The notes beneath the pieces were generated by a model, which worked only from the letters and a program-made list of their open reading frames with translations, did not search any database and was not told where the DNA came from. Below are positions 1 to 11,235 of a stretch of 64,000 nt of DNA, one piece after another. The position numbers and the translations under genes were made by a program. Position 1 is the first letter of the stretch. Each line of letters begins with the position of its first letter. The stretch is from Eledone cirrhosa (taxonomy: Eukaryota): NCBI GenBank assembly GCA_964016885.1, contig OZ024741.1, positions 360,468,001-360,532,000 on the forward strand, written 5' to 3'.

Positions 1-763
1 TTGTGAACGTCACCTGGGCATTACGGTCAACAGCAATTTGCGTTGGACGAAGCACGTCTCTAAAATTGTCAAGAGGGCCGAGGGTGTCTTAGCATCACTC
101 TGCAAGACCTTTGTCAGCTGCTCTCCAGATATCTATTTAAGGCTGTACATGGCTATGGTGCGGCCACACTTAGAATTTGCATCACCAGTCTGGAAGCCCT
201 ATCTTGCTCAGAACATTGACCGCCTGGAAACTGTTCAGAGATGTGCAACCAAGCGAATAGCCTCCATCAGGCATCTACCATACTCTGAGCGCCTTGCTTC
301 CCTGGGCATGGATACATTGAAGCTCATACGCCTGGCAACTGACTTGGTAAACACCCACAAAATTGTTAACCATCTTGCCAACAACAACCCTGAGTACCTT
401 TTTGATTTCCATGTGTCTAACACACGTGGACATGCCCACAAAGTCAGAAAACAGCACAGTGCCCATGACTTTCGGAAACATTTTTTCACGCTCAGAGTTG
501 CTGAAGCATGGAACAAACTACCTGCATCAGTTGTTAGCTGTCGAGACACTGCATCCTTTAAGGCCTCCATGCTTCCCGAGATCCGCCAACACTACAGCTA
601 ATGTTCCCCTCCATACACATACACACATGTATACCATGACTCATACACTATTCACTTCCCTGACATTTGTGTATTATTCTCTGTACTATACATACACCTT
701 TGACGAGTTGTAGTGCACCTGAGCACTTTACACAATAATTTCATTATTATTATTATTATTATT
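1..763 (+). mobile_element. CR1/L2-type LINE 3' fragment with (ATT)n tail
   Basis: ORF 38-601 has the post-RT motifs LY..MVRPHLEFASPVW.P, LE.VQR.ATK, TRGH and FF..RV..AWN.LP; the 3' UTR ends in (ATT)n at about 743-763. Confidence 0.9.
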
Positions 764-1028
764 TTTCAGAACCAAGAACTCAGGCAAATTTCTTAGTCAT
801 GCTTGCGTCTACAGAGCAATGTAAGGCTGTGGTGATTGCATAAACTGGAAATCTACGGGAATTATTGATTATGGAGATCCACGATAAGAATCTAGATGAT
901 AAATAGTGATTTCTAACTTAGTTACAACTTTTTGAAGAGGATCAAATCGATACCGGCCCATATCTTATTGACCCCGGAATGATTAAAAGCAAAAATAACA
1001 TTAACGGAACTGAGTTCATCGTAAATAA

Positions 1029-1204
1029 TTGTTTCTACTTTAGGCACAAGGCCAGCAATTATCCAGTGCATTACTGGTACTTTATTTTATCGACCCCGTA
1101 AGGATGAAAGGCAAAGTCAACCTCGGCGGGATTTGAACTCAGATCGTAAAGGGACGTAACTATGCTGGAAAGCATGGCGTCCGACCCTCCACCGATACTG
1201 CCAC
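1029..1204 (-). mobile_element. tRNA-derived SINE family A
   Basis: Minus strand has box A TGGCAGTATCGG, box B GAGTTCAAATCCC and core GCCTTTCATCCTTACGGGGTCGATAAAATAAAGTACCAG. Near-identical copies lie at 41548-41735 and 53066-53245. Confidence 0.85.
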
Positions 1205-1530
1205 TAGGCCAGCAAGTTTGTTTGGGGGGAAGGATCGGGTGATAAGTCGATTACATAGACTCCGGTGCTTGGCTGTTACGTTTACTTTCTTGACCACGGC
1301 GAGATTTGAACTCAAAATGTAAAGAGCCGGAACAAATATCTTAAGGCTTTATTTTTTCTGGATTCTGCCAATCCATCGCCCCTGAACTCAACGTAGATGT
1401 TGATTTCTATGAGGCAGGCGTCATCAAATTCGGAATAGAGTCGATTATATCGACGTCAGTACTTGGTTGATGCTTTATATTATCGACCCCAGAACGCTGC
1501 AAGCACAGGATTTGAACTCAGAACATAAAA
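1205..1530 (-). mobile_element. Degenerate SINE A copies
   Basis: Repeated GATTTGAACTCA (reverse-complement box B) and TATCGACCCC core remnants. Confidence 0.6.
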
Positions 1531-3051
1531 AAGACAGTAGCTGCAAAGTCCAAGGCAATAATATAAGTAGTTTCTAATGCAGGTATGAAGTTTGATAGGG
1601 AATTAGGCCGACATGGAAATAAGACGTTATGACGACTATGCAAGTTTCAAAGCTTGTACGAGAAACACAGTGATTCTCAACGGTAATCGAAAGCAGATCG
1701 CTGGTAAAGTTTGAAAGGAACGAACGACCTTCTGCACTGCGGCGTTCATCAGGAAAAGACAAAAGTCAATACTGAAATTAGTCACTATCATTTTTAGAGG
1801 ATATATAAACCAGTATCGTAACCATTGCTACATAAAATATCTATTTAGAAGAAAAGAATTTAACAAATGTTAACGTTAGTTGGAACATGTAGTGCGGGAT
1901 AGGAGCACCAATAGACTAGAGATAGGTTAAATAACAAATATACAGATATGTGAACTTTTGTGTGCCTATAACGATTTTAAGAAGCGTCATATTCAAATTT
2001 TGTTTGAATAATGATTTAACAAATACGAAAATGTTTGTGTACAGTGAGATAGGTATATGGTTTTGTGAGGTATACAGAAATTTACAGTTAAATTAAGAAG
2101 CATAGATCTTTCAATCATAAGCTTTACACATGTTAAGGAATTTTAAGATTCGTACAGAGATTAAGAAATAGAAACAATGACAAGTTTTCAGGAGATATTT
2201 ACAAAAGGAATATGCAGAACAAAAACTCGCAGGGTTCATCAGTCGAATAAGATCAGCAACACATTGTAAAGGAACAATGATATACAGATTTAAGGGTTTT
2301 TATTTTCTGGGTATATTTCTTTAACTAGGTATAAGCTGAACTGATCGATTGAAAGGACGGCAATATTATTAGCACTATTCTATCGATTCAGTAGTATATT
2401 ATTATTGGTACTTTGATCGATTGAACTATTATGACTCGCAGTTTTTTTTTCATCGATTACTGTAGATTATTGGTAAATTACTTCACCGGTGCCAGATTGA
2501 TATTATGGCGGAATTCGAACACAAGAGATTGCAGTCACCAAACCAGACACAGAGGCATTACTCAACACGGCTGCTAATCTGTTCATATTTCCAGATGTGT
2601 AAGCAAAAAATTAAAAAGAAAAGTTATTCCTTATATATATGTGTGCGTGTGTAGATAATGCACATTGCATTTGAAAAATTAAGTTATCAAGTTAATTGAG
2701 AAATTAAATTATACATTTTTATATAATAAAATAATATTGGACTATTTTATGTTCTATATCGAGTTTTGTGTTTCACTAATACTTCAGTCTTGAATTTCCG
2801 ATCAAATTATATAATGTTTATGATTTGTAAACGGAACAAATCAATAAAAAAGGGTCAGATGTCGATCTCAAGAATTATCAGACAGAAAAATCAATAAAAC
2901 GAGAGCAATGACAAGTGGGCAAAATAAACAAAAACGATACGTTTGAACTGGAGGAATGTCAAAACCAAGATAAAACCAGAACCAGAGTTATTTTTAGAGA
3001 AGATGAAGTGAGAAAGGAAAATTTTTTATCGATGTTGGTTTGAACACTTAC

Positions 3052-3240
3052 CTTGCAATATTCACAGTAGCCGCAAACAGAACCCCGGGCATATTTTAAT
3101 TTCTCGTCGTCAACTTTAACAGGTTCCTCTGTATTTTTTCCATCCGAACTCTCTGTTTTTACGTCAGCTTCTTCTGCCTTAATCAAATTTGTAAAACACG
3201 TGAGAAAAAGAAAACCTGCAAAAAGATAGCGGAACACCAT
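3052..3240 (-). CDS. First coding exon of a signal-peptide protein resembling the Cys-rich C-terminus of sarcoplasmic-reticulum histidine-rich calcium-binding protein (HRC-like)
   Basis: ATG in AAGCATGG context at 3240. Hydrophobic signal peptide MVFRYLFAGFLFLTCFTNLIKA, acidic linker, then KYARGSVCGYCEYCK (recalled HRC motif YQPGSLCGYCSFC). The exon is 189 nt (phase 0) and ends at a perfect donor AAG|GTAAGT. Downstream exons were not found in the window. Confidence 0.8.
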
Positions 3241-3360
3241 GCTTCCAAATTTTTCTCTGCAAGTAAGCAATCGTGAAGTAAGTATTACGGGGTTATCTCC
3301 CTCTTCTCTCAGCGCTTCACCGCAATGCGAGTGTTCAAGTGTGTAATCAGTGTCAGTTAA

Positions 3361-3379
3361 CGTGGGTCGTTTCTATTGG
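3361..3379 (-). promoter_or_regulatory. ER stress response element (ERSE, CCAAT-N9-CCACG)
   Basis: Minus strand reads CCAAT-AGAAACGAC-CCACG with an exact 9-nt spacer, about 120 bp upstream of the HRC-like ATG and in the same orientation. Confidence 0.75.
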
Positions 3380-4491
3380 CTGCTATATGGCACCTCAGCA
3401 AGTCGACTCAAGCAATTTTATGCTAATCAAGATATATAGAGCTGAAAGTAACTACTTCTTAACCGTCTTTCTGTATTTCTCTCTTTATTAGTTCACCGCC
3501 CCGATCCCTGAAACATGGTTAGTCACATAACGTTAACAACCATATACTAATTTAACTTGAGCATTGTTAAAATCGACATTAAAGAAATTAAATCTAGTAG
3601 TGTGAATAATGATAAGGAATTTTTCAACCTAAAAACAATTTCTATATGGAATGCCCCCCACCCCTACACCACACCTAGAATTAAGAATGAAACCCGGAAA
3701 TTAATTACGTAGATTATTGTCTATCAAGGTCAATCTAGAGATATTGGGAGCAATGAAAGCTTTCTTCCTTTAGTAACAAAAAAGGTTAAGAACCGATATT
3801 TTATGATGTAGTTTGAGGAAAATTTGACTGATATTTCTAGCAAGTTGAGTAACGACATAGACCCCAAAGTTGGACTACTTTTGAACTAAAACCTGACATA
3901 AAATAACACATCAAACTTAAGTTAGAGAATGCTCTTCAATGACTGACAGCCTACCTAGTGCTGGTGCAATGATGAGGTGCACCAAATACACTCTGTGAGT
4001 AGCTTGGTGTTAAGAGTGGCTTCCAGCTGTAGAAACCATGCCAAAGGGTTGCAAGGGCCCTTCAGTTATAAGATAACCTCCATAGTGCTGGAGCCACGAA
4101 AATGCATCAAGGACACCCTGTAATGTGGTTGGTGATAGGAAAGACTAGAAATCATGCCAGAAAAGGGTTGAGAGGACTCTTCAGTTGTGTCAACCTTTCT
4201 AGTGTTGGGGCCACAATAAAACACATCCAGTACACTGGGTAAAATGGTTGGTGTTAGGAGGGGCATCAAGCTGAAGAAAAAGGGTAGAGACGAATGTTCA
4301 GTTGTGTCAATGACATAGCAACCTCCTTCATGTTGGTGCCTTGATAAAATGCATGGTGCACTCTGTAAAGTGCAAGAATGTATGTAAGCGGGATGCAGCC
4401 CCTGACTCATTTGAGAAACCAGTGGCGTTGATTAAATAGTTATTGTGATGACCTACCCAACTCTTGCGAGCAGAGAAAGCAGATGTTAGAC

Positions 4492-4677
4492 CAGGCATGT
4501 CAAACTGAGGGTCCCCCAAGGGCCACATGGGTCACATAAGTGTTGTCTGAGGGCCACACATGACAACTAATTGTGCACATTACAACTAATTTTATCAAGA
4601 TAAAACATACTCTCACTGTAAATATCTTTGTGTGGGCTGCAGGTGTGCTTGTAAGGGCTGCATGTTTGTCATGCCTG
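4492..4677. mobile_element. hAT-type MITE
   Basis: TIRs CAGGCATGTCAAAC / GTTTGTCATGCCTG; 8-bp TSD TGTTAGAC / TGTTAGAT. Confidence 0.8.
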
Positions 4678-4989
4678 TGTTAGATGATGATATACATACA
4701 GGTTTCTGATTTATATATAACTACTCTTTATTGTCTATTTAATATTCTGTTTACTAATTTATTTATTCAATTATTTATTTTTGTACATACCTGGGGTTTG
4801 ATAAGGGGTTAAGTATCCTATGAACGAGTCATGTATTTTTGAACATATACTAGGGCTGAGGGGTCTAAATAATTTGTGGAACCCTGACATGGAGGCTTTC
4901 CTTGTTTATCAATGAAAGTGAATTTATCTCTACTATTTGGAGATTTATAAGTGTTGTGAGAGATTACGACATAGGTTTAACATGTAGGT

Positions 4990-5130
4990 GGAGGCACGTG
5001 GCCTAGTGGTAAGGGTGTTGTACTTACGATCATAATGTCATGGGTTCGATTCCTGGGTTGTGTGTTGTGTTCTTGAGCAAAACACTTCATTTCATGTTGC
5101 TCCAGTATATTCTGCTGAAAATGAGTACCA
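4990..5130 (+). mobile_element. tRNA-derived SINE family B
   Basis: Box A TGGCCTAGTGG, box B GGTTCGATTCC, then CTTGAGCAAAACACTT. Confidence 0.75.
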
Positions 5131-5139
5131 GCAATAGGC

Positions 5140-7765
5140 GTCTTAGAAACAGCAGCTAAAAAGCTGTGCTAGAAATAACAGCTAAATTTGAGGAACCACA
5201 TGGAGTTCCATAGGTATGCTACAAATAGCAGCTACATCAGCTAAACAGGGGAGGAACCTTATGGTGGTCCATAGGTGTGCTAGAAATAGCATCACAATAG
5301 GGGGAAACTCAATGTGGTCCATAGATGTACTAGAAATAGCAGCTACATCACTTAATTGTATTACGAAAATAGTATTGCGGTAACGAAAAAAATCTAAATA
5401 AGCCTACAAGGTAAAAATAAAAAATGGTCATCACGGGCCACTCTGACTGGTCTGGCGGGCCGGATTGTGGCCTGTGGGCCGCCTGTTGCACGCCCCTATA
5501 GTCTTTTCTCCTGTCCATTAAAAAATATTTATTGTTAATTCTTTCATTTAATTAATCCTTTCAACAACACACCTGTATGAAAGTGTTGAAAATTAAATTT
5601 CCATCTTAAACTAAAATCTCATTATTAGATGAAAAATAATACTAGATTTCAACAGGGGCGACCTTATGTTGGTCCATAGGTGCACCAGAAATAGCAGTTA
5701 AAAAGGGGAAACATTATGTGGGTGCATAGGTGTGCTAGAAATAGCAGCTAAATAAGGGGTACCACATGATGGACCATAAACAGACCAGAAATAGCAGCTA
5801 CATCATTTAAAAATGGGGAACCTCATGGTAGCCCATATGTGTGCTAGAAACAGCGCTAAATAGGGGTAACCTCATGGTAGTCCATAGGTGTACTAGAAAT
5901 AGCAGCTGAATAGGGGGAACCTCAATGTGGTCCATAGATGTACTAGAAATAGTAGCCACATCAGCTAAACAGATTCAACCTCATGGTGGTCTAATGTGTG
6001 CTAGAAATAGCAGCTAAATAGAGGGAACCACACGGATGTCCACAATAGCAACGAAATGGGGGTAACCTCATGATGGTCCATATGTGTGCTAGAAATAGCA
6101 GCTATATAGGGGAAATCTCATGGTGGTACATAGGTGTGCTAGAAATAACAGTTAAATGGGGGGAAACCTCAATGTAGTCCATATGTGTGCTAAAAATAGC
6201 AGCTAAAATGGGGGAACCTCATAGTGGTCCAAAGATGTGGTAGATATAACAGCTACATCAACTAAACAGGGGGAACCTCATAGTGGTCCATAGGTATGCT
6301 AGAAATAGCAGCTAAACAGGGATAACCTCATGGTGGTCCAAAGGTGTGTTAGCAATAGTAGCTAAATTTGTGTGTGCAACAAATAGCAGCTACGTCAGCT
6401 AAAGAGGGGGGGAACCTTATGGTGGTCCATAGGTGTGCTTGAAATAGCAGCAAAATAGGGGAAAATCTTGGAGATCCAAATGTGTGCTAGAAATAGCAGC
6501 TTAATGATAGGAACCTGGCAGTGGTCTATAGGTGTGTTAGAAATAGCAGCTAAATAAGGGGAATCTCATAATAGTCCATAGGTGTGCTAGAATTAGCAGC
6601 TACATGAGCTAAATAAGGGAAACCTTATGGTGGTCCAGAGGTGTGCTAGATATAGCAGCTAAATATGAGGAAACTCATGATCGTCCATATGAGTGCTAGA
6701 AATAGCAGCGAAATAGGGGAACCTCATGGAGGTTCATAGATGTGCTAAAAATAGCAGCTGAATAGGGGAAGCTCATTGTGGCCCAAAGATATGCTAGAAA
6801 TAGTAGCTAAATAGAGGAACCTCAAGGTGGTCCATACGTGTGCTAGAAATAGCAGCTAAATAGGAGGAACCACATGGTGGTCCATAGGTGTGCTAGAAAT
6901 AGCAGCTAAATAAAGGAACCTCAATGTGGTCCATATGTGTGTTAGAAATAGCAACTAAAAGGGTGGTCCAAAGTTGTGCTAGAAATAGCAGCTACATCAA
7001 CTAAACTGGGCGAACCTCACAGTGGTCCCTAGATATGCTAGAAATAGCCGCTAAATAGGGATAACTTCATGGTGGTCTAAAGGTGTGTTAGAAACAGTAG
7101 CTAAATTTGAGGAATCTCATGGAGGTCCATAGGTATGCTACAAATAGCAGCTACATCAGCTAAACAGAGAAGGAACCTTATGGTGGTCCATAGGTGTGCT
7201 AGAAATAGCATCAAAATATGGGGAAACTCAATGTGGTCCATAGATGTACTAGAAATAGCAGCTACATCACCTAATTGTATTACGAAAATAGTATTGCGGT
7301 AACGAACAAATTCTAAATAAGCCTACAAGGTAAAAATTAAAAATGATCATCGCGGGCCACTCTGACTGGTCTGGCGGGCCGGATTGTGGCCTGTGGGCCG
7401 CCTGTTGCACGCCCCTGTTCTATAGTCTTTATAGTGATCCACAGATATACTAGAAATAGCAGCTAAATATCGGTACCTCATGGTGGTCCATTTGTGTGCT
7501 AGGAATAGTAGCTACTTAGAAGGAACCTCATGTTGGTCCTATTGTGTGCTAGAAATAGCAGGGAACCTCATGGCGGTCCATTGGTGTGCTAGAATTAGCA
7601 GCTACATCAGCTAAACTGGGGGTACTTGATGCTCATTAGGTGTGCTAGAAGTAGCAGCTAAATAGGGGGAACTTCATGGTGGTCCCTATCCTTATGGTGG
7701 TCCATAGGTGTGCTAGAACTAGCAGCTACCTCAGCTAAATAGGGGGTACCTCATTGTGCTCCATT
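5140..7765 (+). repeat. ~49-59 bp minisatellite array
   Basis: Dozens of units of GGGGAACCTCATGGTGGTCCATAGGTGTGCTAGAAATAGCAGCTAAATA, some with an ACATCAGCT insert; interrupted at about 5355-5650 and 7275-7430. Confidence 0.95.
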
Positions 7766-7775
7766 GCTGTACTCC

Positions 7776-7940
7776 AGTCCTGGGGCTAAACAACATCAGT
7801 CCTGGGGCTAAACAATATCAGTGCTGGGGCTAAACAATATCAGTGCTGGGGCAAAACAACATCTCTTCTGGGGCTAAACGTCTGTCCTGGGTCTGAAGAA
7901 CATCTGTCCTGGGGCTAAACAACATTTGTTCTGGGGCTGT
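7776..7940 (+). repeat. ~21 bp tandem repeat
   Basis: About 8 units of CAGTCCTGGGGCTAAACAACAT. Confidence 0.9.
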
Positions 7941-8039
7941 GGATTGGCAGTATCAGCACAACATCATACACTATGCTTTGCAGCATATAGTTACATCCTT
8001 TTATGGCTTAATTTCAAATCCCACAAGGTTTACTTTGCC

Positions 8040-9190
8040 TTACTGTCATCCAGTGCTGGACTCCAAAAGAAACTGTGTTCTTGCTTTGGGCCAGGGTCCC
8101 ATACTATGGTCCCGCACCTATCCTTCCTCATAGTGGCATCATCCAGTATCGGGCCTCTCAACTATGGTTACGTTGTGTGGTGGGTTAGGTGCAGACAGCT
8201 GGCATGTACCTCCTCATGGTGGTGCCATCTGATACTGGGCCACAAAGCTATGGCTATGCTGTGAGATGGGTTAGGCTCCTCGTATCAGTGCCATCCAGTA
8301 CTGGGATCCAACTGGTCACTTGGCATGGTGGTTCCATCCAACACCAGGCCCCTACAAAAAGGTGTTTTCGTACTGAGAAAGTTTCATCGCATGGTGGAGT
8401 CACATGTGATTATCCGGTTTCATATTGAGAAGTGTCCATCACATGGAGAGGGCCCGGCTCCAAACTGGTGTGCTGCTGAGAGGGGTTCAGTGCGATTAAC
8501 TGGCCTGTCCCTTCTCATAGTGGTGTCACCAGTGCTAGGTTCCAAAACCATTGGTCTGCTGTGAGATGGGTTCAATGCAGCCAACTGGCCTCTCCCTCTT
8601 TATAGTGGAGTCATGTAGCATCCAATACCTGAACTAAGGGTCTGCTGTGTGAAGAGTTTGGCGCGACCAACTGGCCTGTCCCTCCTCATAGCAATGCTAT
8701 CCAGTCCCAGGCTGCCAGGGTCCAGTTTCGTATTGAGAAGTGTCCTTCACGTGGAGAGTGTCTGGCTTTGAAACTGGGGTGTTGCTGTGAGAAGTGTTTG
8801 GTGCGGCCAACTGCCCTGTCCCTCCTCATAGGGGTATCGTTGGTCTCTTTGCATAATGGTGCCATCTAACGCCAGGCTCCCAAACTGTGTTCTGCACCTG
8901 TCCATCCTCATAGCAGTGTCATACAGTATTGGGCACCCAAACTGTGGTAATGTTGTGTGATGGGTTTTGCATGGCCAACTGGCCACCCTTCCTCATAGCA
9001 GTGCCACCCAGTACCAGGCCCCAAAACTGAGGCCACACTGAGATGCGTTAGACTCCTCGTATTGGTGCCATCCAGTACCGGGCTTGAAAGCTATGGTTCC
9101 ACTGTGTGATGGGTTGGGCTCCGAATACATGGTTCCATTGTGAGACAGGTTTGGCACAGCCAACTGGCCTGTCCCTCCTCATAACAGCCA
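8040..9190 (+). repeat. Degenerate ~85 bp tandem repeat
   Basis: Recurrent CCAACTGGCCTGTCCCTCCTCATAG...CCATCCAGTACTGGG...CTGTGAGATGGGTT units. Confidence 0.75.
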
Positions 9191-9315
9191 TCCATTTCCA
9201 CACTGTAACACGGTTGGTGTTAGGAAGGGCATCTGCTATAAAATGGTGCATCCAATATGACAGGCTTAGAGTGACGCTAGAAATAGCACTAAAAACCTGT
9301 CTAAATCTGAGTTTG

Positions 9316-9352
<37 letters not shown>

Positions 9353-9361
<9 letters not shown>

Positions 9362-9827
9362 AATGTATAGGAAAGAAAAACCACTAGGTGTGAAGTATAG
9401 ATTAGAAGTGAAGAATTTAATCAAATTTCATTCATTAACACATGTTTCAATACAGTATCAGTCTATGAGTGTTGGTTGCATATTAATATTATTATTATGC
9501 CCATTCACTAGCAATACGTTAAATACTACATTTCATCAGAAATATTACATTTTAATAGTTACCTTTTAATCCGAGTGGAAAGCTGTAAGAATATTTTTAC
9601 TGCAAGTTGCAGTGACTTCACCTCAAACTTTGAAATCTTTCTAATGAAATACAGTATTTAACATATTGCTAGTGAATGGGCATAATAATAATATCAATAT
9701 GCAACCAGCACTCATAGACTTATATTGTATTGAAACATGTCATAAAGAATGAACTTTGATTAAATTCTTCACTTCTAATCTACACTTCACGCCTAGTGGT
9801 TTGTTTTTCCTATACATTTAAATATAT
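9353..9827. mobile_element. Inverted repeat (~190 bp arms), probable Penelope-like pLTR foldback with decayed hammerhead cores
   Basis: 9353-9542 is the diverged reverse complement of 9638-9827. Each arm carries CT(G/A)ATGA...GAAACATG and the element abuts (TA)n. Confidence 0.7.
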
Positions 9828-9986
9828 TATTACTCTGTGATCTTCCACCTGGATTCTGTACTTTGATCTCTCTTTTTGGACTATTACCATACCTCATGTA
9901 AAGACCATGTTGAGAAAAAACTTTAGTAAGCAATCTTATTTTTGTTTGCACACTGATCTACAAAAACAAATTTTACCGTACATATC

Positions 9987-10026
<40 letters not shown>

Positions 10027-10727
10027 GATATGCATATGAAGATATACATACACACATACTATGTGTATCCTGGTTTATATATATAGATACACCATGTTTC
10101 TGCATGCTGTATGAGGTAACTAGAATTGGCCTCAGTAAAAACGTTTAGTCATAAAACACTGTCTCAAAATGGTTCGTCTAACCCATGACAGCTTGAGTAG
10201 ATGTATTATTAATGATGATGATAATATATATATATATGGTACTTCTATTTCTTTCTCATACGATCTGCTGGAAATATCAACAAAATCCTTCTCAAATTAC
10301 ACCCTACCATCTTGTAAAAGCAGGGACCTATTGGATAATGTAGTACTAGGTGTGCAATAATCAAGCCAAGTATGTGATAGTCATTGCTGAAACATTTTTT
10401 GTCATATGTCTGCTTAGTCAGGGCTGACTGGGGGGTTTAAACAACAACGTACATGATCACTTCAATGAGGACTGATTTTTCTCCTTATTACCACATCCCA
10501 CTATGTTATGAAATCACAACTATTCTCTTTTAGTTAGGTTTCTTGAAAAATATTGCTTTGGTAAATCTTCCTGATAGGGAATATTTTTTGCTGGAAGGCT
10601 TTAAGGAAGTCAAAATGTTTAAATGTTGCTTTCTTCATTTCTTTACTATATTTCAAATACCTATAATTTTCAAATAATTTTGAAAATAATCTAGAATTTA
10701 GAGAGATTTAATAATGGTTTCTTATAT

Positions 10728-10930
10728 AGGCACAAGGCCAACACTTTTGGGGAAGGGGAAAGTCGATTAAATCAACCCAGTGCGTGACTGGTACTTTATT
10801 TTATGCACCCTGTAAGGATGAAAGGCAAAGTTAACCTCGGTGGGATTTGAACTCAGATCCTAAAGGACCGTAACTCTATGCTGCAAAGCATGGCGTCCAA
10901 CCCTCTACCGATACTGCCAATCCACTACCC
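10728..10930 (-). mobile_element. SINE family A copy
   Basis: Homologous to 1029-1204. Confidence 0.8.
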
Positions 10931-11114
10931 TAGAGGGATTTAATAATACTACTAATTTTCTCATTATGAAGCTGTTGTTTAGAACAAAACTTAACAAATG
11001 TTCTTACATAAAATTATAATGGAAGGTTATTAAATAAATATAAACACTTTAAAATAAATTGTTTTATATCATAAAATCAGAGGTAGTTTTGGGGCAGTTT
11101 GGTATCAAAAATGT

Positions 11115-11235
11115 GAAGGCGTGTGGCTGAGTGGTTAGAGAATTGGATTCACAATCGTAAGGTTGTGAGTTCGATTCCTGGACCAGGCGATGCGTTATGT
11201 CCTTGAGCAAGACACTTTATTTCACGTTGCTCCTT
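11115..11235 (+). mobile_element. SINE family B copy
   Basis: TGGCTGAGTGG, GAGTTCGATTCC and CCTTGAGCAAGACACTT motifs. Confidence 0.75.

Noticed and set aside
1620-1770. Minus-strand CTGATGA...GAAA...GTC as a hammerhead
   Set aside because: No stem I complementarity, and stem II does not close on GAAA.
2959-3270. 103-aa ORF as a complete single-exon gene
   Set aside because: It starts at a non-ATG codon, and a perfect GTAAGT donor at 3051 means the VSVQTN... tail is intron read-through.
4990-5060. tRNA gene (also at 11115, 25028 and 41548)
   Set aside because: A/B boxes run into SINE core sequences without a complete cloverleaf.
5140-7765. Repeat array as a possible CRISPR
   Set aside because: Units are contiguous with no unique spacers, there are no cas genes, and the context is eukaryotic.
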